Positions 1-10,586 of a stretch of 64,000 nucleotides of DNA are shown here, piece by piece (position 1 is the first letter of the stretch; each line of letters begins with the position of its first letter). The notes beneath the pieces were generated by a model, which searched no databases, was not told where the DNA came from, and saw nothing but the letters and a program-made list of their open reading frames with translations. This stretch comes from an uncultured Verrucomicrobiae bacterium (lineage in GTDB: Bacteria; Verrucomicrobiota; Verrucomicrobiia; Chthoniobacterales; UBA10450): the NCBI GenBank assembly GCA_963772365.1, contig CAVYXA010000003.1:352001-416000 (forward strand). Reading direction: 5' to 3'. Position numbers and translations under genes: made by a program.

Positions 1-1523
<1,523 letters not shown>

Positions 1524-1601
1524 AAGCGAATTTCAAATTCGCCCAGAGGTTAAACGCGGCCGCGCGGAAGCGATGTACACTCCTTGCTTTTTGCTGTGCA
1601 G

Positions 1602-2492
1602 TTATTGCGGGGGCAATTTGGCTATTTCGTTGATCACTTCCTGCGGTTTCCAGCCGTTGCCTCTCCAAATCTGAATGATCTTGCCGCCCGGCCCGATCAA
1701 GGCCGTGGCTAACCCATGGGAGATGGTGCCCCCTTCCGGTTGGACGTAAACGGAGAATGCGGCGGTGAGCTTGTCGATCTCCGCTGCGTCACCGGTCGCA
1801 AATGTCCAGATGCTCGGGTCCGCGTTTTGGTAATCGGCGTATTTGGCGAGCACTTCGGGAGTGTCGAATGCCGGATCGATGGTAATGCTTAACAGTTTCG
1901 TTTGGCTTAACGTAGCCTGACCGGTTTTTATCGCGGTTTGAATTTGAAAGAAATTTTGCGACATGCGTGGGCAAAACGTCGGCAGCGGACAACGAGTGAA
2001 AACAAAGGTGAGGACGAAGGGCGCGCCGCGAAATTTCTCCAGCGTGACGCGTTGTCGGTTTTGATCGACAAGGTCGAATGGCGGCATCTGGTCACCCTGG
2101 TGCAACCGGGCCGACGATGCCGCCGGACGCGCCGGCGACGGTTTCGGCGGTGGCAAATGAACTTCACTGGCCGCGATTGTTTTTACCTTGTCGATCCAAA
2201 CGTCTTCGTCCGTGACATTGAGCCGAAACGAAATTGCGTCACCGATCCTTAGACTGGCAATTTTCTGCGGATCATGCGCAGAGAGCGGCATTGTCATCGA
2301 GGGCATGAAACCGCGAATGTCTTCATGCTCAATGTCGATAGTTCGATGGTCCGGCGCCAGGCCGCGAATGATCCCTCGCGCTTCATAATGACGCGCGCTG
2401 TCATCGTGAGCCTGCGGAGCACGGTGACACGCACCGAGCGCGCCCGCGATGCAGAGCAACGCGATCAGGTCAAGTCCTCGAAATTTTCCCAT
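1602..2492 (-). CDS. Lipoprotein, CusF-like copper-binding domain fused to SCO1/SenC domain
   Basis: Lipobox LGAC; IEHEDIRGFMPSMTM (CusF-like H/M motif); FTRCPLPTFCP (SCO Cys motif), SITIDP, ISHG. Confidence 0.85.
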   Translation of the reverse strand: MGKFRGLDLIALLCIAGALGACHRAPQAHDDSARHYEARGIIRGLAPDHRTIDIEHEDIRGFMPSMTMPLSAHDPQKIASLRIGDAISFRLNVTDEDVWIDKVKTIAASEVHLPPPKPSPARPAASSARLHQGDQMPPFDLVDQNRQRVTLEKFRGAPFVLTFVFTRCPLPTFCPRMSQNFFQIQTAIKTGQATLSQTKLLSITIDPAFDTPEVLAKYADYQNADPSIWTFATGDAAEIDKLTAAFSVYVQPEGGTISHGLATALIGPGGKIIQIWRGNGWKPQEVINEIAKLPPQ

Positions 2493-2545
2493 GCAGCAAT
2501 TGAAATCGCGGCCCGAATCCGTCTAGGAAAAAATCGCTGGAAACC

Positions 2546-2559
2546 TTGATCTGCATCAA
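2546..2559. promoter_or_regulatory. FNR/DNR-type binding site
   Basis: Perfect TTGAT-ctgc-ATCAA centred 41.5 bp upstream of azurin ATG 2594; TACTCT -10 at 2582-2587. Confidence 0.85.
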
Positions 2560-2593
2560 GGCCGGTCGCGGCAGCTGGACCTACTCTGGAGCC

Positions 2594-3073
2594 ATGAAAA
2601 ACTTATTTGCACCGCTAATCACCGCCGCGGCCAGCGGACTTATCTTTCTGGTCAATGGATGTTCGCCCGCGCCGCAAGCGCCGCCGAAAGCAGTCACCAT
2701 TCAAGCCGACGATAAGATGCGCTATGATCTGACGGCATTCGACGCGTCGCCAGGCCAGAAAATTTCCGTCACGATCAAGAACGTCGGCACGACCCCGAAG
2801 TTTTCGATGGGACATAACTTTGTGATGCTCGATCGCGCCATAAATACCGGTAACGTGCAGGCGTCATTCCTCGATAAAGCGTCGATGGAAGCGTCGCACG
2901 ATTACGTTCCGCCCGGCGACAAGAATGTGCTCGCGCATTCGAAACTGCTCGGCCCGGGCGAGAGCGAAGTCGTTACCTTCAATGCGCCATTCATTCCGGG
3001 CGAGTATCTCTATCTCTGCTCGTTCCCCGGCCATTACTCACAGGGCACAAAGGGTTTCATGACAGTGAAATAA
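2594..3073 (+). CDS. Azurin/auracyanin-like blue copper lipoprotein
   Basis: Lipobox VNGC; MGHNFV and YLCSFPGHY type-1 Cu ligands. Confidence 0.88.
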   Translation: MKNLFAPLITAAASGLIFLVNGCSPAPQAPPKAVTIQADDKMRYDLTAFDASPGQKISVTIKNVGTTPKFSMGHNFVMLDRAINTGNVQASFLDKASMEASHDYVPPGDKNVLAHSKLLGPGESEVVTFNAPFIPGEYLYLCSFPGHYSQGTKGFMTVK

Positions 3074-3091
3074 GTTCAGAAAGGATCGACA

Positions 3092-4987
3092 ATGAAAAAC
3101 AAAATCACGCTCACGCTCGCGATCATTATCACCGCGGCCGGTTTAATTAGCTGCGGCAAATCCGGGACCAGTAAGGGAGATCGCACTGCAAACGCAGTCG
3201 CAACTTACGTCGCACCGGGCGAAAAGGATGAATATTATTTGTTCTATTCCGGCGGGCATTCGGGACAGGTGTTTGTCGCGGGGATTCCATCGCTGCGTCA
3301 TATCGTGACCATACCGGTGTTCGCGCCATATCCCGGCACGGGCTACGGCTTCGATGAAGAATCGAAAAAGATGCTCGGCGATTTCACCTGGGGCGATGTG
3401 CATCACCCTGGACTGTCGCAAACGAATTCCAAGTATGACGGGCGCTGGCTATTCGTGAATGACAATGCGAACAACCGGATTGCCCGAATCAATCTTCATG
3501 ACTTTAAGACCCATCAGATCCTTGGGCCGATAGCGAATTCCATCGGCAACCACGGCTCGTCCTTCGTAACGGAGAACACGGAATATATCCTGTGCGCAAC
3601 GCGGTTCTCTGTGCCGCTGCCCAAAGGGCGCGTGGCAGATCCCAAGGATTACGAGAAAGAATTCAACGGAATGGTGAGTGGCATCAAGGTCGATCCGCAA
3701 ACCGGCGACATGAAAGTCGGCTGGCAGATTCTGACGCCGCCATTCGATTGGGACCTGGGCTCGACCGGAAAAGGGCCATCAAGTGGCTGGGCATTCTGGA
3801 CCAGTTATAACTCGGAGATGGCGCACGATCTCCTGGAAGTGAATTCGAGCCAGAAAGATCGCGATCTCTGCGCAATCGTAAATTGGCGCGCGGCCGAGAA
3901 AGCCGTCGCGGATGGCAAAGCGACTATGATGGATGGCGTGCCGATCATCGATCCGGCCAAAGTTCCCGGCGTTTTATATTTCGTCCCAATCGCCAAATCT
4001 CCTCACGGGTTCGATGTCGATCCTACGGGTAAATGGGTGGTGGCCGGCGGAAAACTTTCGCCAACCGCCACGGTCTTGAACTTCGAAAAAGTTCAGGCCG
4101 CGATTAATAACAAGACGTTTGAAGGCGATTTTCGCGGCATTCCAATTTTAAAGTACGAAGCCGTAGTGGAAGGCGAAGTTCCGGTGGGGCTCGGTCCGCT
4201 TCACACCCAATTCGACGGCCGAGGCTTCGCTTACAGCTCGTTATTTATCGATTCGAATATCACCAAGTGGAAACTGCCGCCGTGGACGGATGAAGAGAAA
4301 AAGGACATGAACAAAACTGTGCTCGACAAAGTGCAAACGCACTTCAGTACCGGGCACCTCGTCGTCGCGGGTAGCGATACGGCTCATCCCTACGGAAAAT
4401 GGCTCGTGGCCATGAACAAACTTTCAGCTGGCCGGCACATTGACGTCGGCCCGTCGCAACCGGAATCGAGTCAATTGATCGACATCAGCGGCGACAAAAT
4501 GAAGATGGTAGCCGAGTCGTATAGCGAGCCGGAGCCGCATTTTGCTCAGATTCTCAAAGTGAGTGAAATCCAGCCAGCCGAAATTCTTCCGAAGGACGAA
4601 AATAAAGATCCCGATGCGGTTTGGGACAAAGCGCAGACCGGCGTGACCCGCACCGGCAATCAGGTGGTTGCGAAAATTCTCGCGATTCGCAGCCGTTATT
4701 ATCCCGACCGGATTGATGCGCAAGTAGGCGACGATTTGATCGTGCACGTCACCAATGTCGAGCAAACACGCGACATGATTCACGGGTTCGGTTTGGTCGA
4801 GCACAATATCAACATGGTAATGGACCCAGGCGAAACGAAAACGTTCCACATCAAGTTGACCAAGCCCGGCGTATTTCCGTTCTATTGCACTAACTTCTGC
4901 TCGGCGCTCCACCAGGAAATGCAGGGTTATCTCGTTGTGCGAAATGCGGGACCGACCAGTCCCACGGTCACAGGCGGAGGTAAATGA
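3092..4987 (+). CDS. nosZ: Sec-dependent (clade II) nitrous-oxide reductase
   Basis: CuZ His motifs DVHH, GNHG, SPHG, GPLH, TGH, EPH; CuA HGF...CTNFCSALHQEM; Sec/lipoprotein leader (LISC), no twin-Arg. Confidence 0.97.
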   Translation: MKNKITLTLAIIITAAGLISCGKSGTSKGDRTANAVATYVAPGEKDEYYLFYSGGHSGQVFVAGIPSLRHIVTIPVFAPYPGTGYGFDEESKKMLGDFTWGDVHHPGLSQTNSKYDGRWLFVNDNANNRIARINLHDFKTHQILGPIANSIGNHGSSFVTENTEYILCATRFSVPLPKGRVADPKDYEKEFNGMVSGIKVDPQTGDMKVGWQILTPPFDWDLGSTGKGPSSGWAFWTSYNSEMAHDLLEVNSSQKDRDLCAIVNWRAAEKAVADGKATMMDGVPIIDPAKVPGVLYFVPIAKSPHGFDVDPTGKWVVAGGKLSPTATVLNFEKVQAAINNKTFEGDFRGIPILKYEAVVEGEVPVGLGPLHTQFDGRGFAYSSLFIDSNITKWKLPPWTDEEKKDMNKTVLDKVQTHFSTGHLVVAGSDTAHPYGKWLVAMNKLSAGRHIDVGPSQPESSQLIDISGDKMKMVAESYSEPEPHFAQILKVSEIQPAEILPKDENKDPDAVWDKAQTGVTRTGNQVVAKILAIRSRYYPDRIDAQVGDDLIVHVTNVEQTRDMIHGFGLVEHNINMVMDPGETKTFHIKLTKPGVFPFYCTNFCSALHQEMQGYLVVRNAGPTSPTVTGGGK

Positions 4988-5751
4988 ATGGGCAAGCTGA
5001 GAATCTGGAGATCGGAGGCTGTAGCGTGCGCTCTCCTGAGCGCATCTCCTTCGCACATCGCAACAAACAATCCGCTGCGGACAGCGGACGCGACAGCCCT
5101 CACCGAACAAGATCGACAATGACCCAACAAGTTTCAGGATTACTGCGACGCGAGTTCCGGTTTTTGCACAGGCCGCTTAACGGTTGGTCGAGGCTTTTGC
5201 TTCTGGTGGCAGCAGTCACAATTGTGGTCTCGATCTTTTTCCCTCTGTGGAAAATGCATTTGGTGGCGCCCCAATATTCCGACGGACTCGATCTCTACAT
5301 CTTCAGTTACAGGATCCAGGGCGGCGGTTATCACGGCCAGCATCTCGCCGAGATCAACAATCTCAATCATTACATCGGCATGAAAGCGCTCCAGCCCGCC
5401 GATTTCATGGAGATGCGCTGGATGCCATTTGTATTTGGTCTAATCATTTTGCTTACGCTTCGTTCCGTCGTCTTCGGCGAGATGAGCAATGTGGTCGATC
5501 TCTTTGCGCTCTATTCCTATTTCGGCGTGTTTTCGATCGGCTCGTTTTGGTACCGGCTTTATGAATATGGCCACAATCTCGATCCGCACGCGCCCGTGCA
5601 TATCAAGCCGTTCACGCCAATGCTGATCGGTGTGAAGCAAATCGCAAATTTTCGCGAGTACAGTTTCCCGCAAGCCGGAGCGTATCTGCTGTGCGTGTCA
5701 GTGTTGCTGATCGTGCTTGCCGGCTGGGTTTCCAGAAAGGAGCCAGCGTGA
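4984..5751 (+). CDS. nosB: NosB-like membrane protein of clade II nos clusters (start 4984 or 5119)
   Basis: PLW...APQYSDGL, INNLNHYIGM, YEYGHNLDPHAP motifs; directly follows nosZ. Confidence 0.8.
   Translation: MNGQAENLEIGGCSVRSPERISFAHRNKQSAADSGRDSPHRTRSTMTQQVSGLLRREFRFLHRPLNGWSRLLLLVAAVTIVVSIFFPLWKMHLVAPQYSDGLDLYIFSYRIQGGGYHGQHLAEINNLNHYIGMKALQPADFMEMRWMPFVFGLIILLTLRSVVFGEMSNVVDLFALYSYFGVFSIGSFWYRLYEYGHNLDPHAPVHIKPFTPMLIGVKQIANFREYSFPQAGAYLLCVSVLLIVLAGWVSRKEPA
5017..5098. repeat. GTAG-type REP doublet (inverted pair)
   Basis: ggcTGTAGCGTGCGCTCTCCTGAGCGCA ... TCCGCTGCGGACAGCGGACGCGACAgcc; related to the copy at 56435-56494. Confidence 0.7.
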
Positions 5752-7076
5752 AGTTATCCGTCCCCCAGATTGTCGCGATCACGCTTTGTCTGACGCTCAA
5801 CGCGGGCGCAGCGATGTTACAGGAGCGCATCGACGCCGCTGCACGTGGCGATACGATCCACGTCGCAGCTGGCATTCACGCCGGTCCGATTAAGATCGAC
5901 AAGTCCATCACGTTGATTGGTGAAGCCGGCGCAGAGATTCGTGGCAACGCAACAGGCAAGGTAATCACGATCGTTGCCGATAATGTAACCATCCGCGGCC
6001 TGCGAATCACCGGTTCCGGCCTGCGATTATCGGACGATGACGCCGCGATCTTCGTGACCGGCAATCGGGTTGCGATCGATAACTGCGAAATCGCCGATTG
6101 CCTCCACGGTATTTACCTCAAAAAAGTTTCCGGCGCGCAGATTCTAAACAACCGCGTCCAAGGCAAGACAACGCTTAAGATTTCAACCGAGCCGGTCGAA
6201 AAGGCGATCGGGCAGAGCGCGGAGAATTGCGATACGACGCTGGTTACGGATCGCCGCGGCAACGGAATTCACCAATGGAATTGCGATGGAAATATAATTC
6301 GCGGCAATGAAATCAGCGATACGCGGGACGGGATTTATTTTTCATTTACCAACAATTCGCGCGTGGAAAACAATCGTATCCACCACGTTCGATACGGCCT
6401 GCATTACATGTATTCGGACGCCAACTCTTTTGAAAACAATAGCTTTAGCGAAAATGCGGCCGGTGCGGCGATCATGTTTTCGAAAGGGCTCGTTGTGCGC
6501 GGGAATCGTTTTATCAACAATCGTGGGCATCGCGCCTATGGCCTGCTATTTCAATCTTGCGATAATAGCCGCATCGTCGGCAACGAGATCAGCGAAAACG
6601 CGATCGGCCTTTCGTTGAATCAATGCAACAACAACGAAGTCACGGCTAATCGCGTCGCGAAAAATTACATTGGATTGCGGTTTGGTTCGAACTCGGACGG
6701 GAATCGATTTACCGAAAACGTTTTTGTCCGGAATTTGCATCCGGTTGAGACCGGCGCGTCCGACGTTTCCAGCAGCAATTGGGAAGTGAATGGAGTTGGT
6801 AATTATTGGGGCGGCGATGTCGATCTTGATCTGGACCGCGACGGCATTAACGACGTGCCGCATCGCGAACTCGATCTGCTCGGAATTTTGCGTCGTGATT
6901 TCCCCGCAATTGCATTTCTCTCCGATAGTCCCGCGTTGAAGCTGCTGCGATTTGCCCATCAGCGCGCCAGCATTCCGGGCGCAAGCTCAATCGAGGATCC
7001 GGCGCCGCTGACCTCGCATTTCTGGCAGATCCGCGCGCAGCGTCTGGCGCGCACAGCTTTGACCAACAACAAATGA
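5748..7076 (+). CDS. nosD: Nitrous-oxide reductase maturation protein NosD
   Basis: Beta-helix repeats; RGNGIH, RDGIYF, RYGLHYMYS, GNYW motifs; GTG overlaps nosB stop. Confidence 0.93.
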   Translation: MKLSVPQIVAITLCLTLNAGAAMLQERIDAAARGDTIHVAAGIHAGPIKIDKSITLIGEAGAEIRGNATGKVITIVADNVTIRGLRITGSGLRLSDDDAAIFVTGNRVAIDNCEIADCLHGIYLKKVSGAQILNNRVQGKTTLKISTEPVEKAIGQSAENCDTTLVTDRRGNGIHQWNCDGNIIRGNEISDTRDGIYFSFTNNSRVENNRIHHVRYGLHYMYSDANSFENNSFSENAAGAAIMFSKGLVVRGNRFINNRGHRAYGLLFQSCDNSRIVGNEISENAIGLSLNQCNNNEVTANRVAKNYIGLRFGSNSDGNRFTENVFVRNLHPVETGASDVSSSNWEVNGVGNYWGGDVDLDLDRDGINDVPHRELDLLGILRRDFPAIAFLSDSPALKLLRFAHQRASIPGASSIEDPAPLTSHFWQIRAQRLARTALTNNK

Positions 7077-7780
7077 TCGCAGCAGAAAATTTAACAAAAA
7101 GTTACGGACATACAAAAGTGCTGCGCGGCATTTCGCTCGTTGCGGAAACGAAACAAATCACTTTGCTCGTCGGCCCGAACGGTGCCGGCAAAAGCACGTC
7201 GATGAAAATCTTCGCTGGATTGATCCGACCGACTGCGGGCCGCGCGTTTATCGACAAGATCGATATCGGCGAAAAACGGATTGCGGCGCAACGCTTGATT
7301 TCTTACTTACCGCAGAACCCGAGCTTTCACCCGAGGCTCAGTTGCATCGAGATCTTGCGCTTCTATGCGGGACTGCGGAGCGTTGCCGAGTCGCGCTGCG
7401 ACGCGATGCTCGAGCGCACGAGATTGAGCGAGATTGCGAACGTACCTACGGGAAAACTTTCCGGCGGAATGCTGCAACGGCTCGGGCTTGCCTTGCTGCT
7501 GTTGCCCGACGCACCGGTTTTGTTGCTCGACGAGCCGGGCCTGAGTCTCGATCCAGGTTGGCGGAAATGGTTGCAGCAAACGCTCCGTTTCGAGGCTGAG
7601 CGCGGTAAAACGATTCTGATCACGACACATCTGATCGCAGAATGGAACAACGTCGCGCATCGGGCGCTGCTTTGCCGCGATGGCCTCATAGAACGGCAAC
7701 TCGATCCAGCGGATCTGCCACACAATTTCGACGAACTCGAGGATGACAAAGGTGAACTTCGCCTTATCCAAGCGATTTGA
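7073..7780 (+). CDS. nosF: ABC ATPase NosF
   Basis: GPNGAGKS, LSGGMLQR, LLLDEP; position after nosD. Confidence 0.88.
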   Translation: MIAAENLTKSYGHTKVLRGISLVAETKQITLLVGPNGAGKSTSMKIFAGLIRPTAGRAFIDKIDIGEKRIAAQRLISYLPQNPSFHPRLSCIEILRFYAGLRSVAESRCDAMLERTRLSEIANVPTGKLSGGMLQRLGLALLLLPDAPVLLLDEPGLSLDPGWRKWLQQTLRFEAERGKTILITTHLIAEWNNVAHRALLCRDGLIERQLDPADLPHNFDELEDDKGELRLIQAI

Positions 7781-8555
7781 CGGGCACCCGATCCACGCCC
7801 TGTTTGCGCGGGAGTTTCGGGCGGCGTTGATCAACCGATATTTCCAGGTTTTTTGCGCGCTTGCGTTAATCGGCGGGATCGCGGCCGCTCTGCTAGCGGA
7901 AGATGCGAATGCAGCCGCAGTATTCGATCTGCAACTGGCGCTCTATTTCGTGTCGCTGTTTGCGCTGCTCGCCGGGGTCGGCAGCGCGCAAGCCGAGCGC
8001 GAAGAATGGCAACTGCTCTTTACGCAACCGTTGCCGCGATCCGGCTACGCGCTGGGGAAATTTTTATCGTTATTGTCGATCTTCGCCGCGGTACTGCTGC
8101 TCTTGTTTTTGCCCGCGCTGTTTGCCGGGACATCGATCCGCATGCTCGCGCCGTTATATGGGCATACCCTTCTTTTCAGTGCGGTATTTCTCGCACTCGG
8201 CCTGGTGTCGGGTTATCTCGCGCAGGATCGTGCACACGCGCTGGTGATCGGCGTAAGCGTGTGGTTGCTGCTGCTCATTGGCGTCGATCTTATCGGCTTG
8301 TTTGCCGCCCGTTGGCCACTCATCCAAAAATTTCCAGATGTGTGGGTCTTGCTCTTAATGTTGAACCCGCTCGATTCTTTTCGAATCGAAGCACTCTTCG
8401 CGCTCGAGCAAATTCCAGCGGAAGCGGCGGACAAGACAGCCCTCGCCAGCTGGTGGATTGCGCATGGCGGCGCGTGGTTCGGCGCGATCGCGATTGCCTG
8501 GTCGTCAGTAATACTCGCGCTAACGAGTTGGCGCTTGCATCGATGGGAGGAATGA
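7743..8555 (+). CDS. nosY: ABC permease NosY
   Basis: Multi-TM protein; LLFTQPLPR...GK and LNPLDSFR motifs; position after nosF. Confidence 0.82.
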   Translation: MTKVNFALSKRFDGHPIHALFAREFRAALINRYFQVFCALALIGGIAAALLAEDANAAAVFDLQLALYFVSLFALLAGVGSAQAEREEWQLLFTQPLPRSGYALGKFLSLLSIFAAVLLLLFLPALFAGTSIRMLAPLYGHTLLFSAVFLALGLVSGYLAQDRAHALVIGVSVWLLLLIGVDLIGLFAARWPLIQKFPDVWVLLLMLNPLDSFRIEALFALEQIPAEAADKTALASWWIAHGGAWFGAIAIAWSSVILALTSWRLHRWEE

Positions 8556-8791
8556 ACATGACTCGCAACTTCAAAACACTCGATGTTCGTCCGATCATCG
8601 CCAAAGGCGTTGAGCCGTTCGAAAAAATTCGGGCCAGTGTCGGCGCGTTGAAATGCGGCGAGGGTTTGTCGATCATCGCGCCGTTTTTGCCTTCTCCTCT
8701 GATTGAGAAGCTCGGCAACGAGGGATTTCAATCTCGCGTCGAACGCCAGCCGGGAGGCGTGTGGGTCACCCATTTTTGGCGGGACGATTGA
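8552..8791 (+). CDS. DUF2249-family small protein
   Basis: LDVRPIIAKGVEPF...IIAPFLPSPL...GF; ATGA overlap with nosY. Confidence 0.75.
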   Translation: MNMTRNFKTLDVRPIIAKGVEPFEKIRASVGALKCGEGLSIIAPFLPSPLIEKLGNEGFQSRVERQPGGVWVTHFWRDD

Positions 8792-8815
8792 AAGTGGCTT
8801 GACTACCTTCCAGTC

Positions 8816-9538
8816 ATGCCGCTGGAAGCGACGAAGTTTAGACAAGCCGTCATCGAAAACACGCTGAGCAGTTGCCAGCTTTTCATGGGATTGCCGGCAG
8901 TAGACATCGCGGCGATCGCGTCATTTGTGGTCCCGAAGCACCTGGCAAAAGGAGATTACCTTTTTCGCGAAGGCGATCGTAGCGAAGGATTTTACATCGT
9001 GCAAAAGGGCGCGATCAACGTGCATCGGGTCGGCGCGGCGGGAAAAGAGCAGGTGATTCATCTGTTTCGTCCGGTTGAATCCTTCGCTGAAGCGACGCTC
9101 GCGACCGAGAGCGGTTATCCCGCCGACGCGCGTGCGACCGAGCCGGCAACAGTGCTGCTCATTCCCAAAACAGATTTTGTCGATCTGCTTCGGAAAAGGC
9201 CCGAGCTTTCGTTGCGCATGCTCGGTTCGATGAGCCAGCATTTACGTGTAATTGTCGGGTTGCTCGACGATCTCACGCTCAAAGATATGGAGACGCGCGT
9301 GGCCAACTGGCTGCTGAAACGTTGCCCGCGCCCAATTGGCGATCGGGCAGCCGAGATCAAACTCGACCAAACAAAGCGCGTTCTGGCCGCAGAACTGGGC
9401 GCCAGCAGCGAGACGCTCTCGCGCACCCTGGCAAAATTTCGGGACAAGAACCTGCTGAGGGTGAAAGGGAACAGGATTACTCTGACCGGGCCGCGAGAGT
9501 TGCAGAAGTTGCTTCAGCGGAACCTGGGCGAATTGTAG
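8816..9538 (+). CDS. Crp/Fnr-family regulator (Dnr-like, no FNR Cys cluster)
   Basis: LFREGD cNMP-like domain, SFAEA, YPADA, C-terminal HTH LAAELGASSETLSR. Confidence 0.9.
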   Translation: MPLEATKFRQAVIENTLSSCQLFMGLPAVDIAAIASFVVPKHLAKGDYLFREGDRSEGFYIVQKGAINVHRVGAAGKEQVIHLFRPVESFAEATLATESGYPADARATEPATVLLIPKTDFVDLLRKRPELSLRMLGSMSQHLRVIVGLLDDLTLKDMETRVANWLLKRCPRPIGDRAAEIKLDQTKRVLAAELGASSETLSRTLAKFRDKNLLRVKGNRITLTGPRELQKLLQRNLGEL

Positions 9539-9580
9539 TTCGTAAGGCGGCACAAATTAAGATAAGGGCGAGAAGACAAA

Positions 9581-9928
9581 ATGAGCATCAAGCTGGAACG
9601 AGCTTATGAAAAACCGGACAAAACCGATGGCACCCGCATTCTCGTGGACAGACTCTGGCCACGCGGTTTGACCAAGCGCAGAGCCAGCATTGATCTATGG
9701 TTGAAAGAGATTGCCCCGAGTACCGAATTGCGGAAATGGTTCGGGCACGATCCAAAGAAGTGGCGGACTTTCCGCGAACGCTATCAACGAGAGCTCAAAC
9801 GTCACCCCGAGCAGCTTAAGTTGATAAAGAATAAGGCCAGAGGAAGGACGATTACGCTCATCTACGGAGCGCGCGATCCAGAGCACAACCAGGCGGTTGT
9901 GTTGAAGCGGTCTCTTGAAAAGCGCTAA
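9581..9928 (+). CDS. DUF488 (YeaO-like) protein
   Basis: RILVDRLWPRG, WLKEIAPSTELRKWFGH, HNQAVVL. Confidence 0.88.
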   Translation: MSIKLERAYEKPDKTDGTRILVDRLWPRGLTKRRASIDLWLKEIAPSTELRKWFGHDPKKWRTFRERYQRELKRHPEQLKLIKNKARGRTITLIYGARDPEHNQAVVLKRSLEKR

Positions 9929-10037
9929 GTGATAAAATGCTGCTCACTCTGCAAGTCAACGTTACTGATTGGAGCTACCGGCAAATAGATCATCCGAAGG
10001 TTGAGCGCGCTTCGAGAAGCAGCGAAGAGTAACGATC

Positions 10038-10574
10038 ATGCTCCTCGCGCACGACCATTCCGAGCTTGATGAAGTCCTCGCTGAATTTTTCCAGGCGCTC
10101 GCGGTGGGCGACGCCGCACAAAGCTTTGAAAAGCTCGATCTGTTTTGGGCGCGATTGGCAGTGCACATTCGCGCCGAACACCTTCACTTGTTTCCCACCC
10201 TGCTTCACGCTCTGGAGTCGCTCGGCCCGACGCAGGGGGGCCGCGTTCCATCTTTGGAGACCACACAAAACACGATCGCGCAACTACGCGCTGACCATGA
10301 CTTTTTCATGACTGAATTGGCGGGGGCAATCAAAGAAGTACGCCGATTGCGCGAAGGCACTCAGGACAAGTCGGCTCTTGTTCAAAACGTGCGGGAGAAA
10401 ATCGTCGCGGTCAGCGAGCGATTGAAGGTGCACAATGAACTGGAAGAGTCCGATGTTTACCCGTTGGCGGAGGTATTGCTCACACCGGTGGAGTGCGTGG
10501 CACTCAACGAGAAGATGCAAAAGGAACTCATCAATCTGCCGGCGCGGTTTAGCCAGCAGAAAAATAATCTTTGA
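10038..10574 (+). CDS. Hemerythrin-like domain protein
   Basis: H..DH, HIRAEH..LFP, DH, HNELEE...YP pattern. Confidence 0.75.
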   Translation: MLLAHDHSELDEVLAEFFQALAVGDAAQSFEKLDLFWARLAVHIRAEHLHLFPTLLHALESLGPTQGGRVPSLETTQNTIAQLRADHDFFMTELAGAIKEVRRLREGTQDKSALVQNVREKIVAVSERLKVHNELEESDVYPLAEVLLTPVECVALNEKMQKELINLPARFSQQKNNL

Positions 10575-10586
10575 ATGGTGGGCGTC

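Noticed and set aside
7853..8551. Long N-terminal extension of the DUF2249 ORF (similar extensions on nuoJ, nuoL, nuoN, 14578-16854 and 57177-57983)
   Set aside because: The extensions overlap neighbouring genes, a tRNA or repeats; coupled or better internal starts exist.
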